From positions 27,853,347-27,917,346 of the forward strand of contig NC_069004.1 in NCBI RefSeq assembly GCF_001194135.2: 64,000 bases of DNA, given 5' to 3'. Shown here in pieces: positions 38,420 through 49,857 of the stretch (position 1 is the stretch's first letter; each line of letters begins with the position of its first letter). The DNA comes from Octopus bimaculoides. Its lineage: Eukaryota. Below the pieces are notes generated by a model. The model saw only the letters and a list, made by a program, of their open reading frames with translations, had not been told where the DNA came from and searched no databases. The position numbers and the translations under genes are program-made.

Positions 38420-38725
38420 TACATGTTAGAAATAGCAATCAAATCACTCGTTATTGTTCTTGATAGTATGAAGGACGCATTACACAGATAGATTCTTTTC
38501 GAGTCATATAGACTCATAGAGCTGATTTCCCGGTTTCTGTGGTGTATATACACCACCTCCTGGCTGGGATGCCGGTCTGTCACAGGATAACTTATTTTTG
38601 CTAGCTGAGTGGACTGGAGCCATGTGAAATGAAGTGTTTTGCTCAAGAACACGATGTGTCACCCAGCTCAGGAATTGAAACTACAATCTGGCGAGCATGA
38701 GTCTAGCAACCTAACTACTAAAACC
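38420..38725 (-). mobile_element. tRNA/CORE-type SINE, head C plus V-like tail
   Basis: On +: CTGGGATGCCGGTCTGTCACAGG...GCTGAGTGGACTGGAGC...GTGTTTTGCTCAAGAACAC...GGAATTGAAAC...CCTAACTACTA. Confidence 0.85.
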
Positions 38726-39060
38726 ACATGCCCCCACTAAATACACTTCTAAAAGAGACAATATGGAACAGTATGGTCTTTGTGCAAATGCCTTTGTTCA
38801 AGTTTTTACAGTCAGCAGCAACAACTATTTTCTACACTACAACATATATTCTTTACATATTTTATTGTCATAAATTTCATTCCAGGAATGTTGTCAACTT
38901 GCGATTGTACAATAGAAACATTAACTGTATTGATCTCACACTAGTCTTGGAGGACCTGTGGAGGCTAAGGACACAGCTGCTTCTTCCAAAACAAACTATA
39001 TAAAAAAAATAATTTTTTTTGATAGAAAAAAGCCTTACACCTAGATGAGAAATTATTTAA

Positions 39061-39320
39061 CCCTTTTGTTACCATATTTTTGTTGAAATAAACTGCCTTT
39101 TCTTTCAATCAACTTTAAAAATAATGAAGAATTTCATTATCGTCATCATTTAACATCCATTTTCCATGCTTGCATGGATTGGACAGCTTGACTGGAACTG
39201 GCAAGACCAAGGGCCGCACTAAGTACCATAATCTGTTTTGACTTGCCTTCTATGGTTATATGCCTCTCATAATGCCACCCACTCGATTGTGTACTAAGTG
39301 CTTTTTACGTGGCACCATCA
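39061..39320. mobile_element. piggyBac-type MITE end (39061-39135) truncated by an RTE-tail repeat (39140-39320, minus)
   Basis: TTAA+CCCTTTTGTTACCATATTTTTGTTGAAAT as at 60981, followed by CATCATTTAACATCCATTTTCCATGCTTGCATGG. Confidence 0.7.
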
Positions 39321-39347
39321 CCTGTAGCTTTATTACTATTATTATTA

Positions 39348-39385
<38 letters not shown>

Positions 39386-39571
39386 GTAACACTCCTCCCC
39401 TACTACTCTTTACTATTTTTATATCTTATTTATGCATTTTATAGCAAAACAATGAAATGAAATTTGTTTACTTCATTCATGAAAAAGTCATGAGTTTTCT
39501 GGTATGTTTTTACGACGGTGGTATAAGTATGAACACACCTTTCTTAATGGAATATGTCTATCTGTCTCTCT

Positions 39572-39619
<48 letters not shown>

Positions 39620-40353
39620 TACACAGTCATACATAATATTGAGAAGGTGTGCTTAAATTGACATTTGTCTATTTCAGCTTTTAGTTCCAATCTGTAATGC
39701 ATAACAGGCATTTACTTCAGGCTCTTTTAGCTACACCTATAGTTATTGTTGTTGTTTCGCCTCAAGTTAGCTCTGATCCAGCCTTGACCATCCCTCTTCT
39801 TGTTTAATATAAACAGAATTATATTATGCAATGTGTCCTTGCTGTCTTCTAAGATGATTGTACATTATCTGAAGGTGATTTCATTGCTAGTTCTTGTAAG
39901 TTTATCAGCTGTACAGAAGCTGCCCTCATTGGATTGATGTTATTATAGTATGGCTCATGTTCGTAAGGTTGTGGGTTCAATTACTGAACTGGATGATATA
40001 TCGTGTCTTTGAGTAAGATGCTTCATTTGATTTCACATTATTCCAGTCTGTTTACCTGAAATGAATATTAGCCAGGTGAATGCAGCTCCCTTGCCTTCCA
40101 GCTACCACATCTTGGATGTACCACTGGCTCAAAAATGAAAGGCTTGAGATATGTTAGGTCTCAAAATTATCAAAATTACCTGGTACTCAACTAATTCTGA
40201 AATCTATTGGCCTCTCTTTGAGCCAGGCCACTCTTATGATCAAAATTATTCCAAGTTTGACCATTCCATTTGTTTTCCCAGACAATGTATCTTGTGTTTG
40301 AAAGTAGTTATTGTTCATGTTACCAGGCTGTTCTAGCTCTTGGTACATGTTAC

Positions 40354-40483
40354 CAGGGCCGTGGAGTCAGAGTCAGGAACAATTAAGGGGTAGCTGGAGT
40401 CAGTAAAATAGACCACAATCACTTAATTACATAGAGGAGTCGGAGTCAGAGTTGAAGTTTTTGCTTTCGACTTCACAGCCCTG
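40354..40483. mobile_element. 130 bp hAT-type MITE
   Basis: TIRs CAGGGCCGTGGAGTC / GACTTCACAGCCCTG (13/15); 8 bp TSD CATGTTAC at 40346-40353 / 40484-40491; internal GGAGTC repeats. Confidence 0.8.
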
Positions 40484-41484
40484 CATGTTACTAAGCCATA
40501 TGGTACATATTGTTACTAAGCCATCTTGGTACATATTGCAAAGCCTTGCTTGTTCACTAGTATATTGTATTTTTGTTTTGACTGTATTATATTTTTGCTT
40601 CTAAAGCAAAACTGATTGCTGTATGTATCTATAATTGCCAATTACCAGAATCCAATTAATAAATCTCGATAACTAATGTAGTCTTTGATTACAACGAAAT
40701 TTACTTTTATCTACTCAAAGAAAAATAGAAATATTGATAGAATTATTGTTGCTAATAAGTCTTGAGAGAGGCATGACTGTCACACATTCTCATTTCTTCC
40801 ATTCCTTCCTCAACTATCAACCTGCAATAACTCTATGTGGAGACCCTTTTTTTGAGAAACTTCTTTGGATCAGGGGGAATGATGCTACGGTGGCTTGCTT
40901 TTATTTACTTACAATGAAACTTTTTCAGCATTGTAATGTGGAAAAATAACGTGTTGAATGTGAGAAACTGTTTATAACACCATTAAAAGATAACAAGTAC
41001 AGTCTGACACAAGAGATTATTTTCAAGAAAAGCTGATGTTTTGCTGCATTAGAAGGAGATATCTGACAGGTTGTGGGTATTTTTAAATTTGACTTTTAAA
41101 CTAACACTCTCCTTCGCTTTCATTTTATTTTCTCACCCCTCTCTCAATCTCTCTCTCCCTCTCCCACTATATATATATATATATATATATATCTTTCTGT
41201 ATGTCTTGGTCTCTTCTTACTTCCTATCTGTTGCTAAAACGAAAAGCTTCCAGATAGATGTGAAACAAATGTATTTTCCGATCTGTAAATTTCCAAGTAT
41301 AGCAAACGCGGTAAGATGGCACATGGTTAGTGACCTAGAGGATTTGAAACTAGTATATCCATCAATAACTGTATTGGTGTCATTACCAATGAACGCAGTC
41401 ATATCAAACAATTAGCCTGGAAAAAGTTTCCAGCCAGTTATTCGAGATGTTTGCCAGAAAATTTTAGACTGCAGTTCTTCTTCT

Positions 41485-41485
41485 A

Positions 41486-41543
<58 letters not shown>

Positions 41544-41659
41544 TCCTTCTCCTCCTTCTTCTTTTTCTTCTTCTTCTTCTTTTTCTTCTTTTTCTTCTTC
41601 TTCTTTTTCTTCTTTTTCTCCTTCTTCTTCTTCTTCTTCTTCTTCTTCTTCTTCTTCTT

Positions 41660-41688
<29 letters not shown>
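41485..41688. repeat. Compound (ATT)n-(CTT)n microsatellite
   Basis: About 55 bp of (TTA)n followed directly by about 150 bp of pyrimidine-only (TTC)n. Confidence 0.95.
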
Positions 41689-41690
<2 letters not shown>

Positions 41691-41759
41691 AGTGTGGTGT
41701 GTAATAATAGTCCTTGGCTCTAGGATAGTGCTCTTTCCACTGTAATTGTCACCAGCTTC

Positions 41760-42120
41760 AACTTCATTCACATTGTCATCAACATTATCGTCATCACCAT
41801 CCTCAACATTTCTGGTTGATGTTTCCTTTCTCATCATCTCCTCATCACCATCATCATCATAGCGGTGAGAGTAGTAATCATCATGGGCGTAATTGTCATC
41901 AAATGGCAGCGGCTTTCACAACCCCTCCAACCATCATTGTTTTTATTAGCAATCCTCATCAACACTGTCATCATTGTCTTTATCAGCAGCCTTTTTCATC
42001 ACCATCACCACCGTCATCATCATCATCATCACCACCATCATCATCATCCTCATCATCAGCAGCAGCAATCTTCTACATCACTGTCATCATCATCGTCTTC
42101 AGTCACAGCACTAGCAGAGT
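41760..42120. repeat. Degenerate (CAT/CAC/CAG)n cryptic simple repeat
   Basis: It produces poly-His/poly-Ser pseudo-ORFs; similar tracts lie at 4620-4710, 17220-17370, 21140-21290 and 33390-33450. Confidence 0.85.
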
Positions 42121-43991
42121 GGTGGCGTTAATGCAGATAGACAGGTGAACACAAAAGCATTAACTATAATATCTCTTTGGGTACCTCAAGTTTCCAATAT
42201 CCTCTAAGGTGGTGGAGGGTGGTCATCTGTAAGTAATCTATCTTGGAGAGTAAATAATATATATACATATATACAGCCTTATAAATGCAGCTGACAATAT
42301 CACCTTGTCACCTTCATATATAATTGAAGCCTATGTTTATAGTGTAGAGAAATGCTGATGTTGATGATGATGATGGTAGTGGTGATGATGATGATGATGA
42401 TTNNNNNNNNNNNNNNNNNNNNNNNNNNNNNNNNNNNNNNNNNNNNNNNNNNNNNNNNNNNNNNNNNNNNNNNNNNNNNNNNNNNNNNNNNNNNNNNNNN
42501 NNNNNNNNNNNNNNNNNNNNNNNNNNNNNNNNNNNNNNNNNNNNNNNNNNNNNNNNNNNNNNNNNNNNNNNNNNNNNNNNNNNNNNNNNNNNNNNNNNNN
42601 NNNNNNNNNNNNNNNNNNNNNNNNNNNNNNNNNNNNNNNNNNNNNNNNNNNNNNNNNNNNNNNNNNNNNNNNNNNNNNNNNNNNNNNNNNNNNNNNNNNN
42701 NNNNNNNNNNNNNNNNNNNNNNNNNNNNNNNNNNNAAATGCTGATGTTGATGATGATGATGGTAGTGGTGATGATGATGATGATGATTTTGATCATGATG
42801 ATCACCACGTCCTCCATTATCGTCACCACCATTGTCATTATCATTATTATGAAAAATTAGTAACTTTGTGAAACATACAAGTTGTTATTCTTTCAATGAT
42901 TTCTATGTTCTCATATATCAAGATAATTGCAGTACGATTGTTATAATACAGTGGGGAGTGAGTGTATGTGTGTATGCATGCTCGTACACACACACACACA
43001 CACACACACATGCACACATGCACGTGCAACATATATGAAGATGTGTGAGAAATAGGGGGTGGAGAGCCAACATAAATTTCAACTTTATAAATGCTTGCTG
43101 ATTACAGAGAAATTTGTCGTGGTTATTGTAGCAATTTGGGTGGAAACCACATACAGGTCAATGAATAATAACAGTGCTGTGTTCAGCGGTAACTCTTATA
43201 GTGTTGTTGTTGTTGTTGTTGCTATTATTATTATTGTTGTTGTTGTTTCTGTTGCTCTTAGAATATCATTGATTTAATTTCTGTAATTTGGTATGTGTTG
43301 TTGTGTAGTTGTTCACTTTCGATGAATGTTTAATGAAAACATGAGCTTATTATTTTGATGGCTGTTGTTCAGTTTAGTGAAATTATAGCAAATTCATTCA
43401 AAAATTTAATAATAAAAAAGAAAAAAAAAAAAAAAAAAAAAAAANNNNNNNNNNNNNNNNNNNNNNNNNNNNNNNNNNNNNNNNNNNNNNNNNNNNNNNN
43501 NNNNNNNNNNNNNNNNNNNNNNNNNNNNNNNNNNNNNNNNNNNNNNNNNNNNNNNNNNNNNNNNNNNNNNNNNNNNNNNNNNNNNNNNNNNNNNNNNNNN
43601 NNNNNNNNNNNNNNNNNNNNNNNNNNNNNNNNNNNNNNNNNNNNNNNNNNNNNNNNNNNNNNNNNNNNNNNNNNNNNNNNNNNNNNNNNNNNNNNNNNNN
43701 NNNNNNNNNNNNNNNNNNNNNNNNNNNNNNNNNNNNNNNNNNNNNNNNNNNNNNNNNNNNNNNNNNNNNNNNNNNNNNNNNNNNNNNNNNNNNNNNNNNN
43801 NNNNNNNNNNNNNNNNNNNNNNNNNNNNNNNNNNNNNNNNNNNNNNNNNNNNNNNNNNNNNNNNNNNNNNNNNNNNNNNNNNNNNNNNNNNNNNNNNNNN
43901 NNNNNNNNNNNNNNNNNNNNNNNNNNNNNNNNNNNNNNNNNNNNNNNNNNNNNNNNNNNNNNNNNNNNNNNNNNNNNNNNNNNNNNNNNNN

Positions 43992-44024
<33 letters not shown>

Positions 44025-44339
44025 ATTTAGGTACAGACATGACTGTGTAGTTAAGAAGTTCTCTTTGCACCCATGTAGTTTCAGGTTCAATTCCACTACT
44101 CAAACTTCTATTCTAGTCCTGGGCTGGTTAGTGCCTTGTGAGTGAATTTGGTTGACTGAAACTGTGTAGGGGTCTATCGTCATCATTCAATGTCTGTGTT
44201 CTATGGTGGAATTAGTTGGATGATTTTACAGGATCTGCTGGGCCCAAGGCCTTATTGTACTCCAGTGTCTACTTTGGCACAGTTTCTCCAGCTGGATGCC
44301 CTTCTTGGCACCAACCACTTCGCAGCATGTGTATATAAA

Positions 44340-44667
44340 GACGCAGGTGTTGCTGTGTGGTAAGAAAGCGGCGAGCTGGCAGAAACGTTAGCACACCTGG
44401 CGAAATGTTTAGCAGTATTTCGTCTCCAATTACGTTCTGAGTTCAAATTCCGCCGAGGTCGACTTTGCCTTTCATCCTTTCGGGGTCGATAAATTAAGTA
44501 CCAGTTACGCACTGGGGTTGATCTAATCGACTTAATCCCTTTGTCTGTCCTTGTTTGTCCCCTCTATGTTTAGCCCCTTGTGGGCAATAAAGTAATAAGA
44601 AGCTTGCTTCTCTACCACATGGTACTGGGTTCAGTCTCACTGTGTGGCACCTTGGGCAAGTGTCTTC
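44340..44667 (+). mobile_element. SINE-B head with a nested young SINE-A (44367-44595)
   Basis: The B head is split at GTGTGG-TAAGAA-GCTTGC; TSD TAAGAA at 44361-44366 / 44596-44601; SINE-A is complete (GCGGCGAGCTGGCAG...GGGCAATAAAG). Confidence 0.9.
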
Positions 44668-44934
44668 AGCAAACCACTCAATTCCATGTTGCTTCAATCT
44701 ACTCCTTTGAAAATGCATGCCAGTGGAGTGCTGATACATCCCTCCTCCCCTCTTTCTCTCTGTCTTTCTGTCTCTCTCTGGGGCTGGCACATTCTTCATG
44801 AGGGCTGAGAGAGTGTTTGTATCTACTTGTAGCCCCTCTGGCACTTAAAACAATAAGCAAAAGACTGGTACCTACTACCAAGTCATACATTGCTTTTGAA
44901 TGACAACTGTGATTGGTTGGTTGATGTGTGAGTC

Positions 44935-44965
<31 letters not shown>

Positions 44966-45395
44966 NNNNNNNNNNNNNNNNNNNNNNNNNNNNNNNNNNN
45001 NNNNNNNNNNNNNNNNNNNNNNNNNNNNNNNNNNNNNNNNNNNNNNNNNNNNNNNNNNNNNNNNNNNNNNNNNNNNNNNNNNNNNNNNNNNNNNNNNNNN
45101 NNNNNNNNNNNNNNNNNTGTGTGTGTGTGTGTGTGTGTAAGCTGCAGGTCTAGTGCTGGAATTGTAATGATGTTTTGGCTGTTGTTGCTGTTATCGTTGT
45201 CATTATTATTGTTGTCACACTTTTTTCACAAAAGAGAGAAGAAACAGCAGCCTCATTTTCTTGAAATCACATCACCAGAAACAAAAAAAAAAAAAAAGAA
45301 ATGCCACATTAAAATATAGATGTACTATGTTTGAAAAATAAAATGGGATGTTTACAGTAGGAATGTTTTTAGGTCACAAGACTAGCTTGGCTTAA

Positions 45396-45551
45396 CCCTC
45401 GAGCATGTAGACCAGCCATACCCTGCTCTAACATTCTACATGTTAAAATTGGCCAGATCCAGCCTCTCACATCTACCCTACCATGTCATTTTGAATACAG
45501 TCAATCACATCATTGAAATCTTAAAGCTACAAAATAAAGCATGATTAATTC
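45396..45551. mobile_element. Partial piggyBac-type MITE (CCCTTTAGCATT family)
   Basis: TTAA at 45392-45395; TGGCCAGATCCAGCCTCTCACATCTACCCTACC...GCATGATTAATTCA as at 16915-17020; cut off by an RTE tail. Confidence 0.7.
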
Positions 45552-47135
45552 AGGTCCTGTCAAATCATCCAACCCATGCCAGCATGGAAAGATGTTAAAC
45601 CTTGATGATGATGTAACAAATCATCCTCATTGTTGCCCTCATTATTTTCATTATATCTTTTATAAGGCGGTTAATTGGCAGAATCGTTAGCATACCGGAC
45701 AAAATACTCAGTGGTATTTCATCTGTCTTTACATTCTGAGTTCAAATTTTGCTGCAGTCATCTTTGCCTTTCATTCTTTTGAGGTCGCTAAAATAAGTAC
45801 AGTTAAGCACTGGGGTTGACACAATCAACTTCCCCTCCCCTCAAAATCTGCTGCCCTGTGCCGAAATTTGAAACCATTATTGTCATTGCATTAAGTATTA
45901 CATACACTAAGCGCCTTAAAGTAGATGCAGTTTTATTTTATTTTTTATTTTTTTGTGACCAAGTCACACAGGCAATATTTCACTTCACTAACATTATTAA
46001 TGCTTCTTCTATTCCTGAAGTAAAAATATTATAAGAAGCATCACTCCTCCCACCTCCAACTCTTTTACATTCTCAGACTATATATATGCCCATGTGAGAA
46101 ATCAGTGGGAATCCATAAGACCAAAGGTCAGCTGTATTTCCATATAATGTTCAACATCAGCTTATTAACCATTGTAGGGACCTTTCGCTTACCACCATCT
46201 AATGTCTTGTTTAGAGAGAGACAGACAGAGCAAAAGTTATTTTTGTACCATAGTGTAGAAGTGTTGTCGGTGGGTAAGGACTATAACTCTTACCTTCTTA
46301 ATTCTACTTCCTCACCCATCTTTTACTTTCTTTTTTTTTTTTTTCCCTGAAATTAATATTCTATTCAAATGAGTTCTTTGATAATTCTCTGAATGACAAT
46401 GCATTAGCCTCAGGTCTTGGGCATTTAGAATTGAATTAAACTTTAAAAACCTAATGGAGATAAAGTCAAAAAGCTACGTATTGGACTGGACTTCTAAATT
46501 TCTAATTCAATGCTGAAACTTATATTTATATAAACTATTCATATAATATACTCAAATTGTATATTGCACATATAAGCTAATTGTTAGATGAATGGCCAGC
46601 AACAGAACAGACATAGAAAGTGCAACAGTAAAAGACTCTATGTGTGTGTGTGTGGACATTAAATATAGAAGCATAGAGAGTAAGAAAGTAGGAATGCAAA
46701 GGAGTAAAAGAAAGCACACAGGATAAAGAGAGATATTGTAGGGGGTAGAGAGAGAGAGAGGTGGAGTGAGTGGGTGAGAAAGAATGGGAAAAATTACATG
46801 AGAAATAGATTTTGCATTGAAATCTTGCATGATAAAATGGCTGAAAATATAGTTATTATTTCCAGTATTTTTAAAGAATAGTAGCCTTTGCTCTGGTACA
46901 AGACAAGGTCAGTGCTGTATTCAACATTTCCTTCGCACTGTAGTTTTGCCACTAACAGTCTAATATATCAACTTGCAAGATACAATAAAAATAACAACAA
47001 CAATAATAATAATAAGAATAACAATAATAATAATATTGGCAATAATGATTTCTAACTTTGGCACAAAGCCATGGAATTTTGTTGGGGGTATAGGGTAGCA
47101 AATTTAATGGACTTCCTCCTGATAATTGACTAGTG

Positions 47136-47179
<44 letters not shown>

Positions 47180-47277
47180 TTATCAGGCCCACAAAGATAG
47201 AAAATAAAATAATGAACTAAGATAAGGGAGCTATACTAATTCTGGTGTCCAGTTACAATAATAAGATTTTTAAGTGC

Positions 47278-47436
47278 AAACATGGCTATGTGGTTAAGAA
47301 GATTGCTTTGGAGCCATATGGGTTCAGGTTCAGTCCCACTGCACAACACCTTGGGCAAATGCTTTTAGGATAGACTCTGGCCAACCAATACTTTGTGAGT
47401 GAATATGATATCTTGAGGCTTGTGAAAGGCTATCAT

Positions 47437-47467
<31 letters not shown>

Positions 47468-48195
47468 CATTTGTCCCTCCACTGCTTGGCAACCAGTATT
47501 TGTATGTCTACCTTGTAACTTAGCAGTTCAGCAAAAGAAATCAAAAGAATAAGTACTAAAGTTCAAAAAGAAAAAAAAAAAGGATACCTACTGGGGTCGA
47601 TTTGTTTGACAAAATCCTTCAAGACAGAGCCCCTGTGTGGCTGCAGACCAGTGATTGGAATAGGTTAAAGTTAAAAGGAAGAAGGTAATGTCTGCAGAAA
47701 ATAACATTGCAAATGTTTGGATGACAGGTCAGTCATTTTATGTCAACCCTATATATAACTGGCACTTATTTTGTTGCCCTTGGAAGAATCAAAAGTGAAG
47801 TTGACATTGGAGGGATTTTCAACTTGCTGTGGTGTATGTAACCAATATAAGGTATTTTGGCTGTGTGGTTAAGAAGCTTCCTTCCCAACCATGTGGCCTT
47901 GGGCTTCAGTCCCACTGCTCAACACCTGTCTTCTACTATAGCTCTGGGCTGACCAGGGCCTTTTGAATGGATTTTGTACATAGAAACTATGTGTGTGTCC
48001 TCTATCGCTTTGAGAACCAGTGTTTGTTAACATCCCCATAACTTAGTGGTTCAACAAAAAGAGGCCGATAGAATAAGTACCAGACTTTAAAATGAGAAAA
48101 GAGAGTCAGTATTTGATTTATTTGACTAAACCCTTCAAGGCAGTGCCCCAGCATGGCTGCAATCTGATGATTGAAAAGAAATAAAATATATAAGA
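47278..48195 (+). mobile_element. Two tandem diverged SINE-B copies (47278-47690, 47855-48195)
   Basis: Each has TGGCT(A/G)TGTGGTTAAGAAG, the B body, GAATAAGTAC and a CCCTTCAAG...CCC...TGGCTGCA tail. Confidence 0.8.
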
Positions 48196-48269
48196 AGATT
48201 CAACATGGTTTGGAATTATGTGACAGTAAAAAAATGGTCAAAATTTTAGTAGCAGTGTATGTATGATCT

Positions 48270-48720
48270 CTATGGCTCACTGATTTAGTGAAGCAGATCA
48301 AGGGATGTTGGAGGGAATCATTAAGAGAATTCTCAAAGAGAATATTATGCTCTGCAGACAAGCAAATAATGAACGATTATACATGAAAAGCAAAGCATTA
48401 AGGCAGAAACAGCAGGTATATATACAAGGTGTATATAAGAAAATAAAATTGAGAGCAGCTTGTTACATAATAATGAAAAAGTGTGAATGGATGAGAATTA
48501 TGTGGAAATGAATACTGTTCCATTATTGAATAGAAGAGGCAGAAAAAAAATGTGGTGAGTATATTATGGTTGGCATAGAAGATTATAGCAATGGTGAGAT
48601 GAGATTGAATGGAGGAAAGAATGAATGGTACATGAAAGGAAATTGGATGGACTCTGAAAAAGGAAACTACAAAATAGCTCTGATGAACTAAAGAATTGCT
48701 TGTGCAAAAAATGATACTTT
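48270..48720 (+). mobile_element. Degenerate non-LTR retrotransposon RT thumb region, possibly R4/Dong-like
   Basis: IKRILKENIMLCRQANNERLYMKSKALRQKQQVYIQGVYKKIKLRAACY resembles my recollection of H.RQASDERLYL.RK.GGRGL...VY.ETK.RVACY; the GGRGL motif itself is missing. Confidence 0.45.
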
Positions 48721-49269
48721 GTAGAGGGAAGTATTTAACTGTTTAATTAAAAAAAAAAAAAAAATAGTAAACGTGGTTAGCTAAGCTATAAAAGTGAGAT
48801 GCGAGAAAAAAAAACCAAAAAAAAAACCAACTGTTTCATCAGTAACATGGAATAAATAATGGAAAGCAAAGCATGGAATAAGCTAAGAAATATGGTATTG
48901 TTATCACATATATGAACAGATTGTGTAGGGTTTTAAAAAATTAGAGAGAAAAAGTTAATTGTTTGGTGTAAAACTCCTTGTTAGAAATTATTATGATGTA
49001 AGAAAAACCATAACGGTAATATTTCTAACAGTATATTCTTTTATGATTTCCATAATGGGGTGGTCCACAGTGTAAGGCATGTTGTGTACTTAATACCGGA
49101 CTATGTACTTTCACTATTGGTCTCTATTCATAGTAAAGTCAGTAGCTTCACTAAGTCAACATTGCATCTCGTTCTTCGTTATATCATCATCATCATAACA
49201 CTTTTCCATGCTTGCATGAATCAGATAAAGATGTTCTCTGACCAGATGCCCTTCCTCTCGCTAACTCTC

Positions 49270-49571
49270 ACATTATTTACATTTGACGGATATTTGTCCT
49301 CATCTTGGTTTATTGTTAACACAATGTTTTGGCCGATATACCCTCCAACCTTCATCATGTGTCTTGGGGAAATTTCGAATCTGGGTTCTCATTCCTAAGG
49401 TATTTTTCAATGTTGTTATTATTAATATTATTATTATTATTCAGGTCACTGCCTGGAAACAAACTCGGAATCTTGGTGTTAGTAGCCCACGCTCTTAACC
49501 GCTACGCCATATGAGGACAAATATCCGTCAAATGCAAATAATGTAAATAATGTACATAATTCCTCATCTCT
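49270..49571 (-). mobile_element. tRNA-headed SINE-like element with a Penelope-type hammerhead remnant and an inverted tail copy
   Basis: Minus strand: inverted tail (49571-49511), tRNA-like head (49510-49441), (AAT)n, body, ATGATGA-A-GGTTG-loop-CGGCC-AAAAC (49358-49326), tail (49303-49270); the 34 bp inverted repeats match 33/34. Confidence 0.7.
49285..49358 (-). ncRNA. Degenerate hammerhead-ribozyme-like core, probably inactive in this copy
   Basis: Each core box differs from CUGAUGA / GAAAC by one base; a 5 bp stem II (GGUUG/CGGCC) lies between them; a palindromic TGTTAACA and a GUC triplet follow. Stem I cannot be assigned. Confidence 0.45.
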
Positions 49572-49735
49572 GAGTGGTTGGCATTAGGAAGGGCATCCAG
49601 CTGTAGAAACTCTGCCAAATTTAGATTGGAGCCTGGTGTTGCCATCCAGTTTCATCAGTCCTCAGTCAAATCGTCCAACCCATGCTAGCATGGAAAGCGG
49701 ACGTTAAACGATGATGATGATGATGATGATGATGA
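49572..49735 (+). mobile_element. RTE-type 3' end with (GAT)n tail
   Basis: GAGTGGTTGGCATTAGGAAGGGCATCCAGCTGTAGAAAC...CATGCTAGCATGGAAAGCGGACGTTAAACGATGATGATG. Confidence 0.9.
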
Positions 49736-49817
49736 TCTCTCACATGTTTTCATAGAATGAATGGAAATGAGTAGCATTGCTTGTATGAGAGTGAAACTCA
49801 TTTTACAATGTCTAGAC

Positions 49818-49857
<40 letters not shown>

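Noticed and set aside
41816-42148. Poly-His/poly-Ser ORFs
   Set aside because: A degenerate (CAT)n tract; identical pseudo-ORFs arise at other simple repeats in the window.
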